Translations under genes and position numbers: made by a program
Shown here: positions 38,526 through 47,919 of the stretch, one piece after another
Numbering within the stretch: position 1 is the first letter of the stretch
Layout: each line of letters begins with the position of its first letter
Virus record (IMG/VR): IMGVR_UViG_3300024346_000003
DNA: 64,000 nucleotides
Strand: one strand, 5' to 3'
DNA from: a virus
Lineage: Duplodnaviria > Caudoviricetes
Notes under the pieces: generated by a model
The model's input: only the letters and a program-made list of their open reading frames with translations
What the model was told of the DNA's origin: nothing
Databases searched by the model: none

Positions 38526-38825
38526 TTATTCTGAAATTTTATACAACATTAAAGTATATTCTTCTGTACTAGCATACCAACCTCTTTTGTTGCACCATTT
38601 GTCAAATTTGATATAAACATCAATATCGTAATTCTTGTTATTGTATATGCGATTATCCAATGCACTCAAAGGGTTTGTATCTTTGTCTGTGTATGGTACA
38701 CTAGAGCCATTACGCAACCATATAGATTGATTAGGTTTATAATCTTTACTAAACTCACTACCACATTTAATTTCTAAGGTAGGAAATCGTTTTTGTAATT
38801 CAAATATAATTTCAGTGAAGTTCAT
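38526..38825 (-). CDS. early hypothetical protein
   Basis: own promoter. Confidence 0.7.
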   Translation of the reverse strand: MNFTEIIFELQKRFPTLEIKCGSEFSKDYKPNQSIWLRNGSSVPYTDKDTNPLSALDNRIYNNKNYDIDVYIKFDKWCNKRGWYASTEEYTLMLYKISE

Positions 38826-39009
38826 AATACTTTGTTTTAATTAGACAATACAAATATAAAACAATATAATGATATATCCAAATTATTTAACAAAAAAAAA
38901 TGGAAACATTTCTGCTCCCATTTCTTTGTTCTTTGTTTGTCAACTTAAAACTCACCATTATGGTTTGCTTATCTTTAATTTCTATTATATAAATACTTTA
39001 GTAAAAGAA

Positions 39010-39445
39010 TATGGGAGGTGGTTGTACATCCACCCCCCATTACTCCTTGTTCCATACCAAGTGCGCACCCGATACTTTATTTTCCGCTGAACAAAGCGTT
39101 TCCATTTAAGTCCCATAATCGGCAACCAAGAGCACTCATCTTGTTAGAGTTACGCTTCAAGAGGTCATCTCGTTAGAGTTACGCATTGAGACTATCTCAT
39201 CTCGTTAGAGTTACGCATAACACTTATCATCTTACCCCACACAGAATGTGGTTACGAATCAATCCATTTCCTTTACTTACGTAAAACAGTGATGGGTGTG
39301 TCAGAGGCTGTATCTCGTCTTGTTAGGTCTAAGAGGCTGTATCTCGAACCTGTTACATTATCGCTAGGCTGTTCTCATCTTGTTAATGATTGAAGCTACC
39401 GAGGACTTAAACTTCTACTATAGTATGTTAAAGAACGTTTTCCTT
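39010..39445 (-). ncRNA. candidate ~400-nt repeat-rich non-coding RNA
   Basis: own promoter (TATCTTTG at ~39454-39461), no ORF, elevated GC, ~7 TAAC(A/G)AGA(T/C)GA-like motifs, 3' GGTGG..CCACC hairpin. Confidence 0.55.
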
Positions 39446-39516
39446 TTGTTTAACAAAGATAAGTAATTTATTTTAAACTACCAAATCTTTTTGCAATTAT
39501 TTTTAATTTTTTTTTG

Positions 39517-39619
39517 TAGTCAGGACAGGATTCGAACCTGTGAATCCTCGGACTAAATACTAGACTACCACCTGAGGACCTCTTTCTAGTTAGCGTTAAT
39601 CCATCTCCGCCACCTGACT
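39517..39619 (-). ncRNA. tRNA-like RNA with non-canonical expanded middle (copy A)
   Basis: acceptor AGTCAGG/CCTGACT-A, T arm ACAGG-TTCGAAT-CCTGT, D-like arm; no canonical anticodon arm; 103 nt. Confidence 0.7.
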
Positions 39620-39706
39620 ATTTGTTATTCAAAGAACTTTAACAAAGATAAGTAATTTATTTTAAACTACCAAATCTTTTTGCAATTATTTTTAATTTTT
39701 TTTTTG

Positions 39707-39781
39707 TAGTCAAAATAGGATTCGAACCTATGTAACGATGTCTCTAATAGGACATCTGCTTTGCCACTCGGCCACTTGACT
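39707..39781 (-). ncRNA. tRNA-like RNA with 6-bp stem/8-nt anticodon-like loop (copy B)
   Basis: AGTCAAG/TTTGACT-A acceptor, GATGTC-CTATTAGA-GACATC arm, ATAGG-TTCGAAT-CCTAT T arm. Confidence 0.7.
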
Positions 39782-39867
39782 ATTTGTTATTCAAAGAACT
39801 TTAACAAAGATAAGTATTTTATTTCAATCTACCAAATCTTTTTGCAATTATTTTTAATTTATTTTTT

Positions 39868-39926
39868 GTGAGCGTTATGGAATCGAACCATACCGTATGA
39901 CTCGCCATTGCTAACCCTAGACGCTC
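39868..39926 (-). pseudogene. degenerate minimal tRNA-like element
   Basis: T arm TATGG-TTCGATT-CCATA and GAGCGT/ACGCTC acceptor-like stem; D/anticodon arms not recognisable. Confidence 0.4.
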
Positions 39927-39949
39927 TAGGCGTGCACACCTATTTGTAG

Positions 39950-40070
39950 TAGTCAGGACAGGATTCGAACCTGTATCAACAGAATGTGTAACTACCTGTT
40001 ATATTAAGCATTGTAGATTCGAACCACTCACTCTCTAGGCCTGTTGACTTACCAATTTGTCCACCTGACT
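39950..40070 (-). ncRNA. tRNA-like RNA with long insert (copy C)
   Basis: same acceptor/T arms; TCAACAG..CTGTTGA stem encloses ~65 nt including a second GGTTCGAATC; 121 nt. Confidence 0.7.
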
Positions 40071-40156
40071 ATTTGTTATTCAAAGAACTTTAACAAAGAT
40101 AAGTAAACTTTTCCAATCTACCAAATATTTTTGTAATTATTTTTAATTTATTTTTG

Positions 40157-40228
40157 TGACCCGACCAAGATTCGAACTTGGAATAGAAGATTAGAAATCT
40201 TCTGTGATATCCCTTTCACCATCGGGCC
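40157..40228 (-). tRNA. tRNA-Arg (UCU)
   Basis: cloverleaf; anticodon arm GAAGA-TTTCTAA-TCTTC; T arm CCAAG-TTCGAAT-CTTGG. Confidence 0.9.
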
Positions 40229-40291
40229 AAATAAGGGTTGTTCGAACTCCCTAAAAACCTCACCTAAGTTTTTTCTATGGATATAGAAAAA

Positions 40292-40368
40292 TGGTGGTCC
40301 AACTTGGACTCGAACCAAGGACTTCAACATTATGAGTGTTGCACTCTAACCAACTGAGTTATAAGACC
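40292..40368 (-). tRNA. tRNA with CAU anticodon (elongator Met or Ile2)
   Basis: cloverleaf; CAACA-CTCATAA-TGTTG; encoded CCA end. Confidence 0.9.
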
Positions 40369-40474
40369 GTTTGAGTCTTACCCCTCTAAACATTGATGCA
40401 TTATCTAGAGGGGTTTTTATTAAGCGAAGACCACCGCTATACAAATATAGTAATAAATATTTAATCTTGCAAAT

Positions 40475-40990
40475 TTATTTAAACATAATTGTTGCAATTG
40501 TTAAAGGTGTTCTTGGAATTGGTGTTGAACCACAATTAAACCCAATGATTTCAAACTGTGCAATATCTTTACTTCCATTGCTAATCGGTTCAATTGGTGA
40601 ATCGTGGAAAGCAATATCAGCACAATTAGCCATTTCAATTACAGAAATTGTAATTCTTTTACCACCCTTTGTTCTAATCGAAATTGTTTCATTCGAATTC
40701 TCACATTGAATAAATTGGTGTGGAAATTCTCTATTGAATATTGCGAACCCTTTGAACGCATAAATGATTTGCATCATCTGTGGTAAGAATTTTTCACTAT
40801 TCACATCGTTTGACTTGTTAGTCACGATACCGAAATTTTCATCAGGGTTGCAGTTGTTGATTGCCCAAATGAATGAAGCTAAATCTCTAACTGTTGCGGT
40901 GTAATTGTTATTCATTTTTACATAATAACCATCAGACAAAATAATGTCCTTAACATTGCTTGGAATCTCGTACTCAAATTGCTTGTTCAT
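40475..40990 (-). CDS. early hypothetical protein
   Basis: own promoter. Confidence 0.7.
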   Translation of the reverse strand: MNKQFEYEIPSNVKDIILSDGYYVKMNNNYTATVRDLASFIWAINNCNPDENFGIVTNKSNDVNSEKFLPQMMQIIYAFKGFAIFNREFPHQFIQCENSNETISIRTKGGKRITISVIEMANCADIAFHDSPIEPISNGSKDIAQFEIIGFNCGSTPIPRTPLTIATIMFK

Positions 40991-41064
40991 AATGTATGTG
41001 TTTTAATTAGACAAAACAAAGATAAGGATAAGTTTTCACTTATCCAAATCTTTTTTCAACTTTT

Positions 41065-41274
41065 TTAAATTGCTCTTGATTGCTCAATAAGTTTCAAAAT
41101 TTCCTCAACTGATTCAGCAACCTGATAACCACCATTGTTATGTGAATCGTGCTTTAATCTCGTACTTATACCATCTTCAAGTGGATACATACCTTGAATA
41201 CCATTGACACTTAAAACCATTTTTGTTTTTTTACGGTAATTGTTGGTTACTGAGATAAATCTAATGTTGCTCAT
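41065..41274 (-). CDS. early hypothetical protein
   Basis: own promoter. Confidence 0.7.
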   Translation of the reverse strand: MSNIRFISVTNNYRKKTKMVLSVNGIQGMYPLEDGISTRLKHDSHNNGGYQVAESVEEILKLIEQSRAI

Positions 41275-41350
41275 AGTATATTGTTTTAATTATTAGACAA
41301 AACAAAGATAAGGATAACTTTCCAATTATCCAAATCTTTTTACAATTATT

Positions 41351-41818
41351 TTAAAACTTTTTTGAAACGTGTTCGTGGTCAAGTATTCTTGTAATATCTC
41401 TAATAATATCCATTAGGTTTGCACTAACTTCTGTAAAGTTAATTACTACCTCAATATGCCCATGACAATGGTTTGGATTTTCAATACTCATAAATGCTTT
41501 ATCTCCTTTGCAAGTATCGTACTTATCAGTTATCCAACCCAAGTTCCATTCGGGTCTTGCACCCTTTCTGTAACCCAACATTTTTGTTCTGAATCTACAA
41601 CCATTCTCATCAGCAGTAAAAAATATAGTATCAATGTAGTTACTTTGTTTTTTAATACGATAGGTTGTACTATTCTCATCATCACGATTAGATACATACA
41701 AAGTATATACTTGACCCAAATCATTGATAAGTCGTCTTAAGAACTCTTTGTTCTTTTTGATTCTGTTGATTTTTTCAACTTCTGTGTTCCCGATTGCTTG
41801 TAATACTAAATTTTCCAT
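41351..41818 (-). CDS. early hypothetical protein
   Basis: own promoter. Confidence 0.7.
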   Translation of the reverse strand: MENLVLQAIGNTEVEKINRIKKNKEFLRRLINDLGQVYTLYVSNRDDENSTTYRIKKQSNYIDTIFFTADENGCRFRTKMLGYRKGARPEWNLGWITDKYDTCKGDKAFMSIENPNHCHGHIEVVINFTEVSANLMDIIRDITRILDHEHVSKKF

Positions 41819-41906
41819 TTTCGTTTGTTTTAATTAGACAATACAAATATAAGAAAAAAAAATGACACTACCAAATGATAGTGCCACTTTTTTTTAAATT
41901 AATTTT

Positions 41907-42266
41907 TTAACATTCAGCTTCAAAACTACATTGTCCGTTTTCAATGATACAATCACGAATCTGTTTGCCCAAACCTAAATCTGCATAATCACGCAATTCA
42001 TCTTGAGTAATTCCAGCTTCTTCCAACATTTTGTCGTTGTAACCATTTCGTTCCTCAAAGAACTTATCAATTAGTTGCAACTTGTCACCCAAACTTTCCT
42101 CAATGTTTTTGATTTCTTCCTCAACACCCTCAAGGTCTTCCTCACCAAAATAATAAGTTATAATGTTTGGTTGTTCACCTGTAACACCAAATCTGTCTGC
42201 GGCATCACTATCTTGCAATGCAAACCAAAACTTTCCGTCAATGTCACCACTATAATAACGTCCCAT
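41907..42266 (-). CDS. early hypothetical phage protein
   Basis: MGRYYSGDIDGKFWFALQDS N-terminus; own promoter. Confidence 0.75.
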   Translation of the reverse strand: MGRYYSGDIDGKFWFALQDSDAADRFGVTGEQPNIITYYFGEEDLEGVEEEIKNIEESLGDKLQLIDKFFEERNGYNDKMLEEAGITQDELRDYADLGLGKQIRDCIIENGQCSFEAEC

Positions 42267-42324
42267 AATAATATGTTTTTAAATTAGATTACAAATATAA
42301 GTATTTTATTTCAATCTACCAAAT

Positions 42325-42570
42325 TTATTTTGAACAATCTTTACATAAATCTTGGTCATTTATATCAAATACCATTTCACCCTTGATAAAACCACCACCA
42401 CAATTATCACAACAATACTCATTCTCATATTGTACCCATTCCTCCTCAGGTAAATATCCTATAAGGTATTTTCTTGGTACAAATGATAATAGTTCGTCTA
42501 TTACAGTAAAATCACCACCATTAATATCGTTTTGTATTACCTCAATTACTCTATCAATTAATTTGCTCAT
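42325..42570 (-). CDS. early hypothetical protein with C-terminal CxxC..CxxC
   Basis: CDNC...CKDC; own promoter. Confidence 0.65.
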   Translation of the reverse strand: MSKLIDRVIEVIQNDINGGDFTVIDELLSFVPRKYLIGYLPEEEWVQYENEYCCDNCGGGFIKGEMVFDINDQDLCKDCSK

Positions 42571-42719
42571 AATATATTGTTTTAAAGTTATACCACAAAG
42601 ATAAGGATAACTAATTACCCACACAACATACTATAGTTAGCATTTAAAATAATATAAAATAATATTAAATAAATTAGGATATGTCATTTATTATCCCTAC
42701 ATTTGTTTTGTCGATGGAC

Positions 42720-42769
42720 GGGCTGACACTCACAAGGTGGTAGTAGAGTAGACTCCGACCTACCTTATA
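42720..42769 (+). ncRNA. structured small RNA family copy 6
   Basis: GGGCTGA-CAC-TCACAAG-GTG-GTAGT-AGAGTAGACTCC-GACCTACC. Confidence 0.65.
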
Positions 42770-42888
42770 TTTTTTTTTAAATATATAAAAAAAATTTGCA
42801 AAGGTACAAAATAAAATCGACCTATGCAAATTTTTAATGAAAAAGTTATTAACAAAATGGTGGGGGTATTTTTCAACCCCCTTTCCAT

Positions 42889-43776
42889 TTATGCCATTAC
42901 CAAGCCTAACTTGTCAAGGGCAAACTGTAACCCTTGTTCGTTAGTTCGGTAGTTAGTACCCGTCATCATGCTTTCCTCACGTCCATTCTCTCTACGTGGT
43001 GCTGACTTTTCGTGTGTAGTCCATGAAGTAACCCCACTAAACAAACCAAACAAGTTGTCACCCTTCTGATTTGTCTCCTTCTTAATGTGACCATACAACG
43101 TCTCCATTGCATTCAAAGAACGTGTTGACAATTCACTTTCCGTCTTGATAGACATAGTCTTGTCAAACCCTAAAATGTGACGTACCATTTCGTCCGCCAA
43201 ACCTTTTGTCAAAGGTGTTGATTGGAAATGCTTATACGTTTCAGTCAATTTAAGACTCTCTAACAACGCCATTTCAATAAGGTAAGGTATTTCCTTAATA
43301 CGTTGTGTTAAACTCGCTGTATGGCGAAGTTTTGACTGTCCACTTTTGTAGAACTTAAAGAACTGATTAGAACATGACATAACCAATTCACCAATACCAA
43401 CTGATAAACCCGTAGAACCGTCATTACTGTCGATAATAGTAACATATCTTTTGATACGTTCGTCACCAACTTTTGACATTCCGTCAATTCCCAATTGAAG
43501 GAACACTTTACGTCCTCCATTCAAAGCACCCGCTTTTGTTACAGATAACTCACCAAACCCTTTAATACCGTTAAGTACTAATTCCACAATCTCATCGTTT
43601 TGAGACACTGTATACCCTTCTTTAACAGAATTGATACACTCACCCGTCTTGTCATTGAACAAGCCGAAAAATGGCGTTTCTTTGCCCGTAGCAGAAAGCA
43701 ATCTTTCTTTCTCAATACGGAAATCCAAGTTGTGCGCTACTAAGATTTCATTCACTTTGTTGTTTACTTCGCTCAT
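42889..43776 (-). CDS. DUF932/TIGR03299-like phage/plasmid protein
   Basis: YTVSQNDEI, GALNGGRKVFLQL, SNDGSTGL, CSNQF, RHT, LFGLFSGVTSWTTH. Confidence 0.75.
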   Translation of the reverse strand: MSEVNNKVNEILVAHNLDFRIEKERLLSATGKETPFFGLFNDKTGECINSVKEGYTVSQNDEIVELVLNGIKGFGELSVTKAGALNGGRKVFLQLGIDGMSKVGDERIKRYVTIIDSNDGSTGLSVGIGELVMSCSNQFFKFYKSGQSKLRHTASLTQRIKEIPYLIEMALLESLKLTETYKHFQSTPLTKGLADEMVRHILGFDKTMSIKTESELSTRSLNAMETLYGHIKKETNQKGDNLFGLFSGVTSWTTHEKSAPRRENGREESMMTGTNYRTNEQGLQFALDKLGLVMA

Positions 43777-43961
43777 AATAAAAAGTTTTAAATGATTAAC
43801 AGTACAAATATAATAATACTATTCCATATAAACAAATAAAAAACAATATATTTTTAATTTTTTTTTCATACCTTAATAATTGCGCACGCATGTATACAAA
43901 ATAAAAATGATATATCCTAATTTTTTTTGTTAAATTATCGCATATCGCAATACGCAATAAT

Positions 43962-44010
43962 GGCCTACCAAGGAGTCTACTCTCTCACATGCTTGCGACA
44001 TGCGACCCGT
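43962..44010 (-). ncRNA. structured small RNA family copy 7 (divergent)
   Basis: GGGTCG-CATG..CATG-TGAG-AGAGTAGACTCC-TTGG after own promoter. Confidence 0.6.
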
Positions 44011-44097
44011 CTTATTGACAATACAAATATAAAACAAAAAAACCACATATCCTAATAATACATGGTTTTTTTATTAACTATTTTATTCGTATCTTTG

Positions 44098-44301
44098 TTA
44101 CTCAGATTCATCATCGAATGCTGGGTCATATGGACATTCTATATCATCCTCAATTTCTTCTAGATGTTCTGTTAACTCATGCTGAATCTTTTCAGCAAGT
44201 TTAATACCCGCTAATTCTAATATTTCGGTCTCACTTGCATTCTCATCGACAATCACTCTAGTCATTAAACTAACTGAAACTAATTTTGCTACCTTACCCA
44301 T
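44098..44301 (-). CDS. early hypothetical protein
   Basis: 67-aa ORF. Confidence 0.65.
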   Translation of the reverse strand: MGKVAKLVSVSLMTRVIVDENASETEILELAGIKLAEKIQHELTEHLEEIEDDIECPYDPAFDDESE

Positions 44302-44383
44302 AATAATATTGTTTTATATTGTTATCAATCACTCAGGCGCTCGCTCGCCCGCCCGTATACACGTTTGTGTACATAGTGGTATG

Positions 44384-44701
44384 TTACCACTCAATCTTAA
44401 CCTCAAAGTCAAATGGTAAAGGCTCTTCTGATATTAAATACCCTATACGATTTACTATGTGGTAACCACTAACGTAATACATATTTGGTGCATACTCTCC
44501 CTCATCATCATCTGATTCACCGTCACCCTCAATGATTGTTATCACTCTATTTTGCTTTACCATTTCAGTAACAAAGTTAACTTCCTCACCATATGTTTCA
44601 AACATATTTCCGTCAAATGACGCATTGTCATCAATGTGGTTAGGGATAAGAGTTACCAACTCATCAAAGGTATCCTCAGTAATTTGCTTGATTGTTTCCA
44701 T
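44384..44701 (-). CDS. early hypothetical acidic protein
   Basis: own promoter. Confidence 0.7.
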   Translation of the reverse strand: METIKQITEDTFDELVTLIPNHIDDNASFDGNMFETYGEEVNFVTEMVKQNRVITIIEGDGESDDDEGEYAPNMYYVSGYHIVNRIGYLISEEPLPFDFEVKIEW

Positions 44702-44757
44702 AATGTTTTATTTAATTAGACAATACAAATATAAGTATAATATTTGATATATCCAAA

Positions 44758-45054
44758 TTAATGTTTAACAAATCTATCCTCACTAACATAGAATGAAAAC
44801 ATATTCATATACGTTCCCGAAATTGTATTGTGAACATATACCTCAATGTTGATTAATCTATCAGGCATTATTGCTTTCAATGTGCGTGACAAACGTCTCA
44901 GATTGAATTCCATATTTTCAGTAAGCATTTCAACATTGTAAGATATGTTATCAATCTTATTGCCGTCCTCATTTAGAATCATGGCTCCATTTGAATCTCG
45001 AACTTCAATGTTAATTTTATAGTTCCCAAATTTGGATTTAATATTGTATTTCAT
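44758..45054 (-). CDS. early hypothetical protein
   Basis: own promoter. Confidence 0.7.
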   Translation of the reverse strand: MKYNIKSKFGNYKINIEVRDSNGAMILNEDGNKIDNISYNVEMLTENMEFNLRRLSRTLKAIMPDRLINIEVYVHNTISGTYMNMFSFYVSEDRFVKH

Positions 45055-45101
45055 ATTATTATGTTTTAATTATTAGACAATACAAAGATAAGAATAATAT
45101 T

Positions 45102-45413
45102 TTAATATACCAAATAATCATTCATAATTTTTTCCTCAGCCATCGCTTCAATATAGCAATCGCTCATACCTTCTTTAGTATTCTTTTCCCAATACCCATC
45201 ACGCTTAACTTCTTCACTTGCGTTTAAGAAACCTTGGATAATATTATTAAAGAAAATTTCTAATGCAATAGTAGGTATTGATTCATCAGCACTCTCAATA
45301 TTGTCTTGTGGCATTTCTTGGTATGGTTGTGCAATTCTAACTCGTTCCCAAGTTCTTGCCACATGTATTAAGATGGTGTTAAACATCCATCTGTCTTTCT
45401 TTTTGATTTTCAT
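45102..45413 (-). CDS. early hypothetical protein
   Basis: ATG after promoter module. Confidence 0.7.
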   Translation of the reverse strand: MKIKKKDRWMFNTILIHVARTWERVRIAQPYQEMPQDNIESADESIPTIALEIFFNNIIQGFLNASEEVKRDGYWEKNTKEGMSDCYIEAMAEEKIMNDYLVY

Positions 45414-45475
45414 AATATATGTTTTAATAATTAGACAATACAAATATACAAATATAAAATGATATATCCTAATTT

Positions 45476-45970
45476 TTATAAATAAGATTCACATTCAATA
45501 AATCTTCTGAATGCAATTAGAACATCAGCATTGTTCCAATCAATTGGGTCTGCTGTTTCACAAACATCCTCATAACAAAATTGAAGAATGTCCTCATAGT
45601 TACTGGGTGTTTGAATTCCTATTCTATCAAACATATCAATAAGAATAGTATTAATCTCATCTTTCTTTTCAACAGTCCAATTCATTATAACTCTTTCAAG
45701 ATATTTTCCATGAACAATTATGTCACCCAATCCAACACTATCAGTTGGTAATACGGTAGCTAAACAATAGTCTAAGATTTCTTGTCTATAATACTTTGCA
45801 ATGTTTTCTTCGGTGTCAACCAAACGATAAACAAACGTTCTTACTTCATCATCAGGAACATCATTCTCAAATGCGTGAATAAATTTTGTATTCACATCGT
45901 AGAATATATCAAACGTATTATCGTTTAATGTATTATCTTTCAATTCAATTTGTTCAAGTATTAAATTCAT
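45476..45970 (-). CDS. early hypothetical protein
   Basis: own promoter. Confidence 0.7.
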   Translation of the reverse strand: MNLILEQIELKDNTLNDNTFDIFYDVNTKFIHAFENDVPDDEVRTFVYRLVDTEENIAKYYRQEILDYCLATVLPTDSVGLGDIIVHGKYLERVIMNWTVEKKDEINTILIDMFDRIGIQTPSNYEDILQFCYEDVCETADPIDWNNADVLIAFRRFIECESYL

Positions 45971-46060
45971 AGCTTTATTATTTTAATTAGACAATACAAA
46001 TATAAGTCTTTTTATTTACATTTCCAAGCAATTTAATACTTTTTTAGCATATTTATTGCT

Positions 46061-46207
46061 ATGAATAGTGAAAATCGTAAGAAATACATGAAAGATTTCG
46101 ATAAACTTAAGAAAAAATACGACATTGAATCAAAACAACGTAGTCATGATAAGTTAATTAATGAAATCAAAAAAGATAATGAAAATGGATGTGGATGCAA
46201 AGGATGA
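46061..46207 (+). CDS. 48-aa basic peptide ending GCGCKG (not in ORF track)
   Basis: ATATTTAT at 46049-46056, 5 nt before ATG. Confidence 0.55.
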   Translation: MNSENRKKYMKDFDKLKKKYDIESKQRSHDKLINEIKKDNENGCGCKG

Positions 46208-46210
46208 GGA

Positions 46211-47077
46211 TTACTCCCCAACCTTTACACTATCTAACCCTTCTAACAAATTATTAATGTCAATTTTATTGTAAGGAAACTTAACTTTTGGTGTTGAAAA
46301 TATAACATCAACTAAATGGTTTTGGTAACCTTGAAATTCTAAGATAATACCATTGTCAAGTGTAACTGTAAATATATTATTCTCAAATGAATAGTTGTTA
46401 ACATACTTACTAAACTTAATTTTGAAATGGTCTTCAATTCTTTTGTTTTTTAAAACTTCTAACCTTTTGTATTCTATTTGTGCAAATTCATTAGCAACAA
46501 TTTCAATAATCTTTGTATGAACATTTCTTGGATTAGTCATTTGACCTTTCTTGGAATAAGAATCTATGTTTGTACCACGAACTAACATTTTGTATCCAAT
46601 AATTCTATTGTTCCATCTTGACATTGCGTATTGCTCAATTGGTTGAATATAATATTCATGACCTTCGGGTACTGTTCCCGTATAAACAATCTTAAAAGTA
46701 TAACTGTACGTATCAATTTCAACAATCTCATTTGGTGTTAACCATTCACGTTCACCGTCAATATCTGAATATCTAATTTCAGAACCATGTTCATCAATAT
46801 TGAATAACTCAATTTTAATAACTTCAACAATTTTATTACAATCGAATCTGAAATCATTTGATACATGAATCAATTTGTTAAATAGTGACTCATACAATTC
46901 TTTTTTCTCCTCAGAAACTTTTTCTCGGTTTATATATCGTTCTGCTTCAGCATGAACTTTATTCCCCTTGTAGTAATCGTAAGACTTAAGCAATTCATTG
47001 TGCTTTGCTTGTTCCTCTGCTCTTCTCTCTTCGATTAGTGCAATCTCTTCTGCTGATAATTTCATCGTTTGTGACAT
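46211..47077 (-). CDS. early hypothetical protein
   Basis: 288-aa ORF, own promoter. Confidence 0.75.
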   Translation of the reverse strand: MSQTMKLSAEEIALIEERRAEEQAKHNELLKSYDYYKGNKVHAEAERYINREKVSEEKKELYESLFNKLIHVSNDFRFDCNKIVEVIKIELFNIDEHGSEIRYSDIDGEREWLTPNEIVEIDTYSYTFKIVYTGTVPEGHEYYIQPIEQYAMSRWNNRIIGYKMLVRGTNIDSYSKKGQMTNPRNVHTKIIEIVANEFAQIEYKRLEVLKNKRIEDHFKIKFSKYVNNYSFENNIFTVTLDNGIILEFQGYQNHLVDVIFSTPKVKFPYNKIDINNLLEGLDSVKVGE

Positions 47078-47153
47078 AACTTATATTGTTTTAAAGTGAC
47101 AATACAAAGATAAGGATAACTTTTCAATTATCCAAATCTTTTTACAATTATTT

Positions 47154-47498
47154 TTAAATTGAACCTAAACTATCTGACGGATAAGATTTCTCATCAATGA
47201 ACGTTGATAGACTATCAGAAATACCACCGTCTTGGTCGATATATTCTTGCTTGGCTGACAATCTGTAACCTTTAACCATTGCAATTGCAGTCTTTTTGCT
47301 TTGCTGATTTCTCGCATCGGTGTATTGTTTACTAGCCATTTGTTCAATGAACAAACAAGCCAATCTCATTTTTGACTGTTGCAATGTTGGATGGTCTTGA
47401 GCCATTAACTCAACCAATTCTTTAACCTCATTCGAACTTGCACCATTAACGAAATCGCTAATCTCTCTTGCTAACTCATCTGCTTTCAATCTAGACAT
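47154..47498 (-). CDS. early hypothetical protein
   Basis: HPTLQQS..TDARN motif; own promoter. Confidence 0.7.
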   Translation of the reverse strand: MSRLKADELAREISDFVNGASSNEVKELVELMAQDHPTLQQSKMRLACLFIEQMASKQYTDARNQQSKKTAIAMVKGYRLSAKQEYIDQDGGISDSLSTFIDEKSYPSDSLGSI

Positions 47499-47559
47499 AA
47501 TATAAAGTTTTAATTATTAGACAATACAAATATAAGAATACTATTTCATATATCCTAAT

Positions 47560-47835
47560 TTATTCGAATATTTCTTCAATAAATTCCATTTCAACATCTA
47601 AATGGTTTTCACAAATTTCTTTTGCGTCCAAGTCAATAACCTTATCTTCCACATAAAAATATATAGTGCAATCAATATCATTTTCTTCTGTATCAAATAC
47701 CTCTTTATCGTCACCCAAAGCTTCATCTAAACTTTCTGTTGCAATCGTAAAGATTTGTTCATCATCAAATTCATCTGAGATTACTTTAAATGTACGTGTT
47801 GGATATTCTACCCCTTTAAAATTAATAACATTCAT
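47560..47835 (-). CDS. early hypothetical acidic protein
   Basis: own promoter. Confidence 0.7.
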   Translation of the reverse strand: MNVINFKGVEYPTRTFKVISDEFDDEQIFTIATESLDEALGDDKEVFDTEENDIDCTIYFYVEDKVIDLDAKEICENHLDVEMEFIEEIFE

Positions 47836-47919
47836 AACTTATTTTTTTAATTAGACAATACAAAGGTAAAACAAATAAACCACAACTCCAAATAAATTGT
47901 GGTTTATTTTTACTATTTT

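Noticed and set aside
38869-39090. 73-aa plus-strand ORF
   Set aside because: It begins inside a minus-strand promoter module and overlaps the terminator of the putative ncRNA.
39135-39217. Canonical CRISPR mini-array
   Set aside because: Spacers of ~9-11 nt are far too short and there are only three repeats; kept as a ncRNA repeat finding instead.
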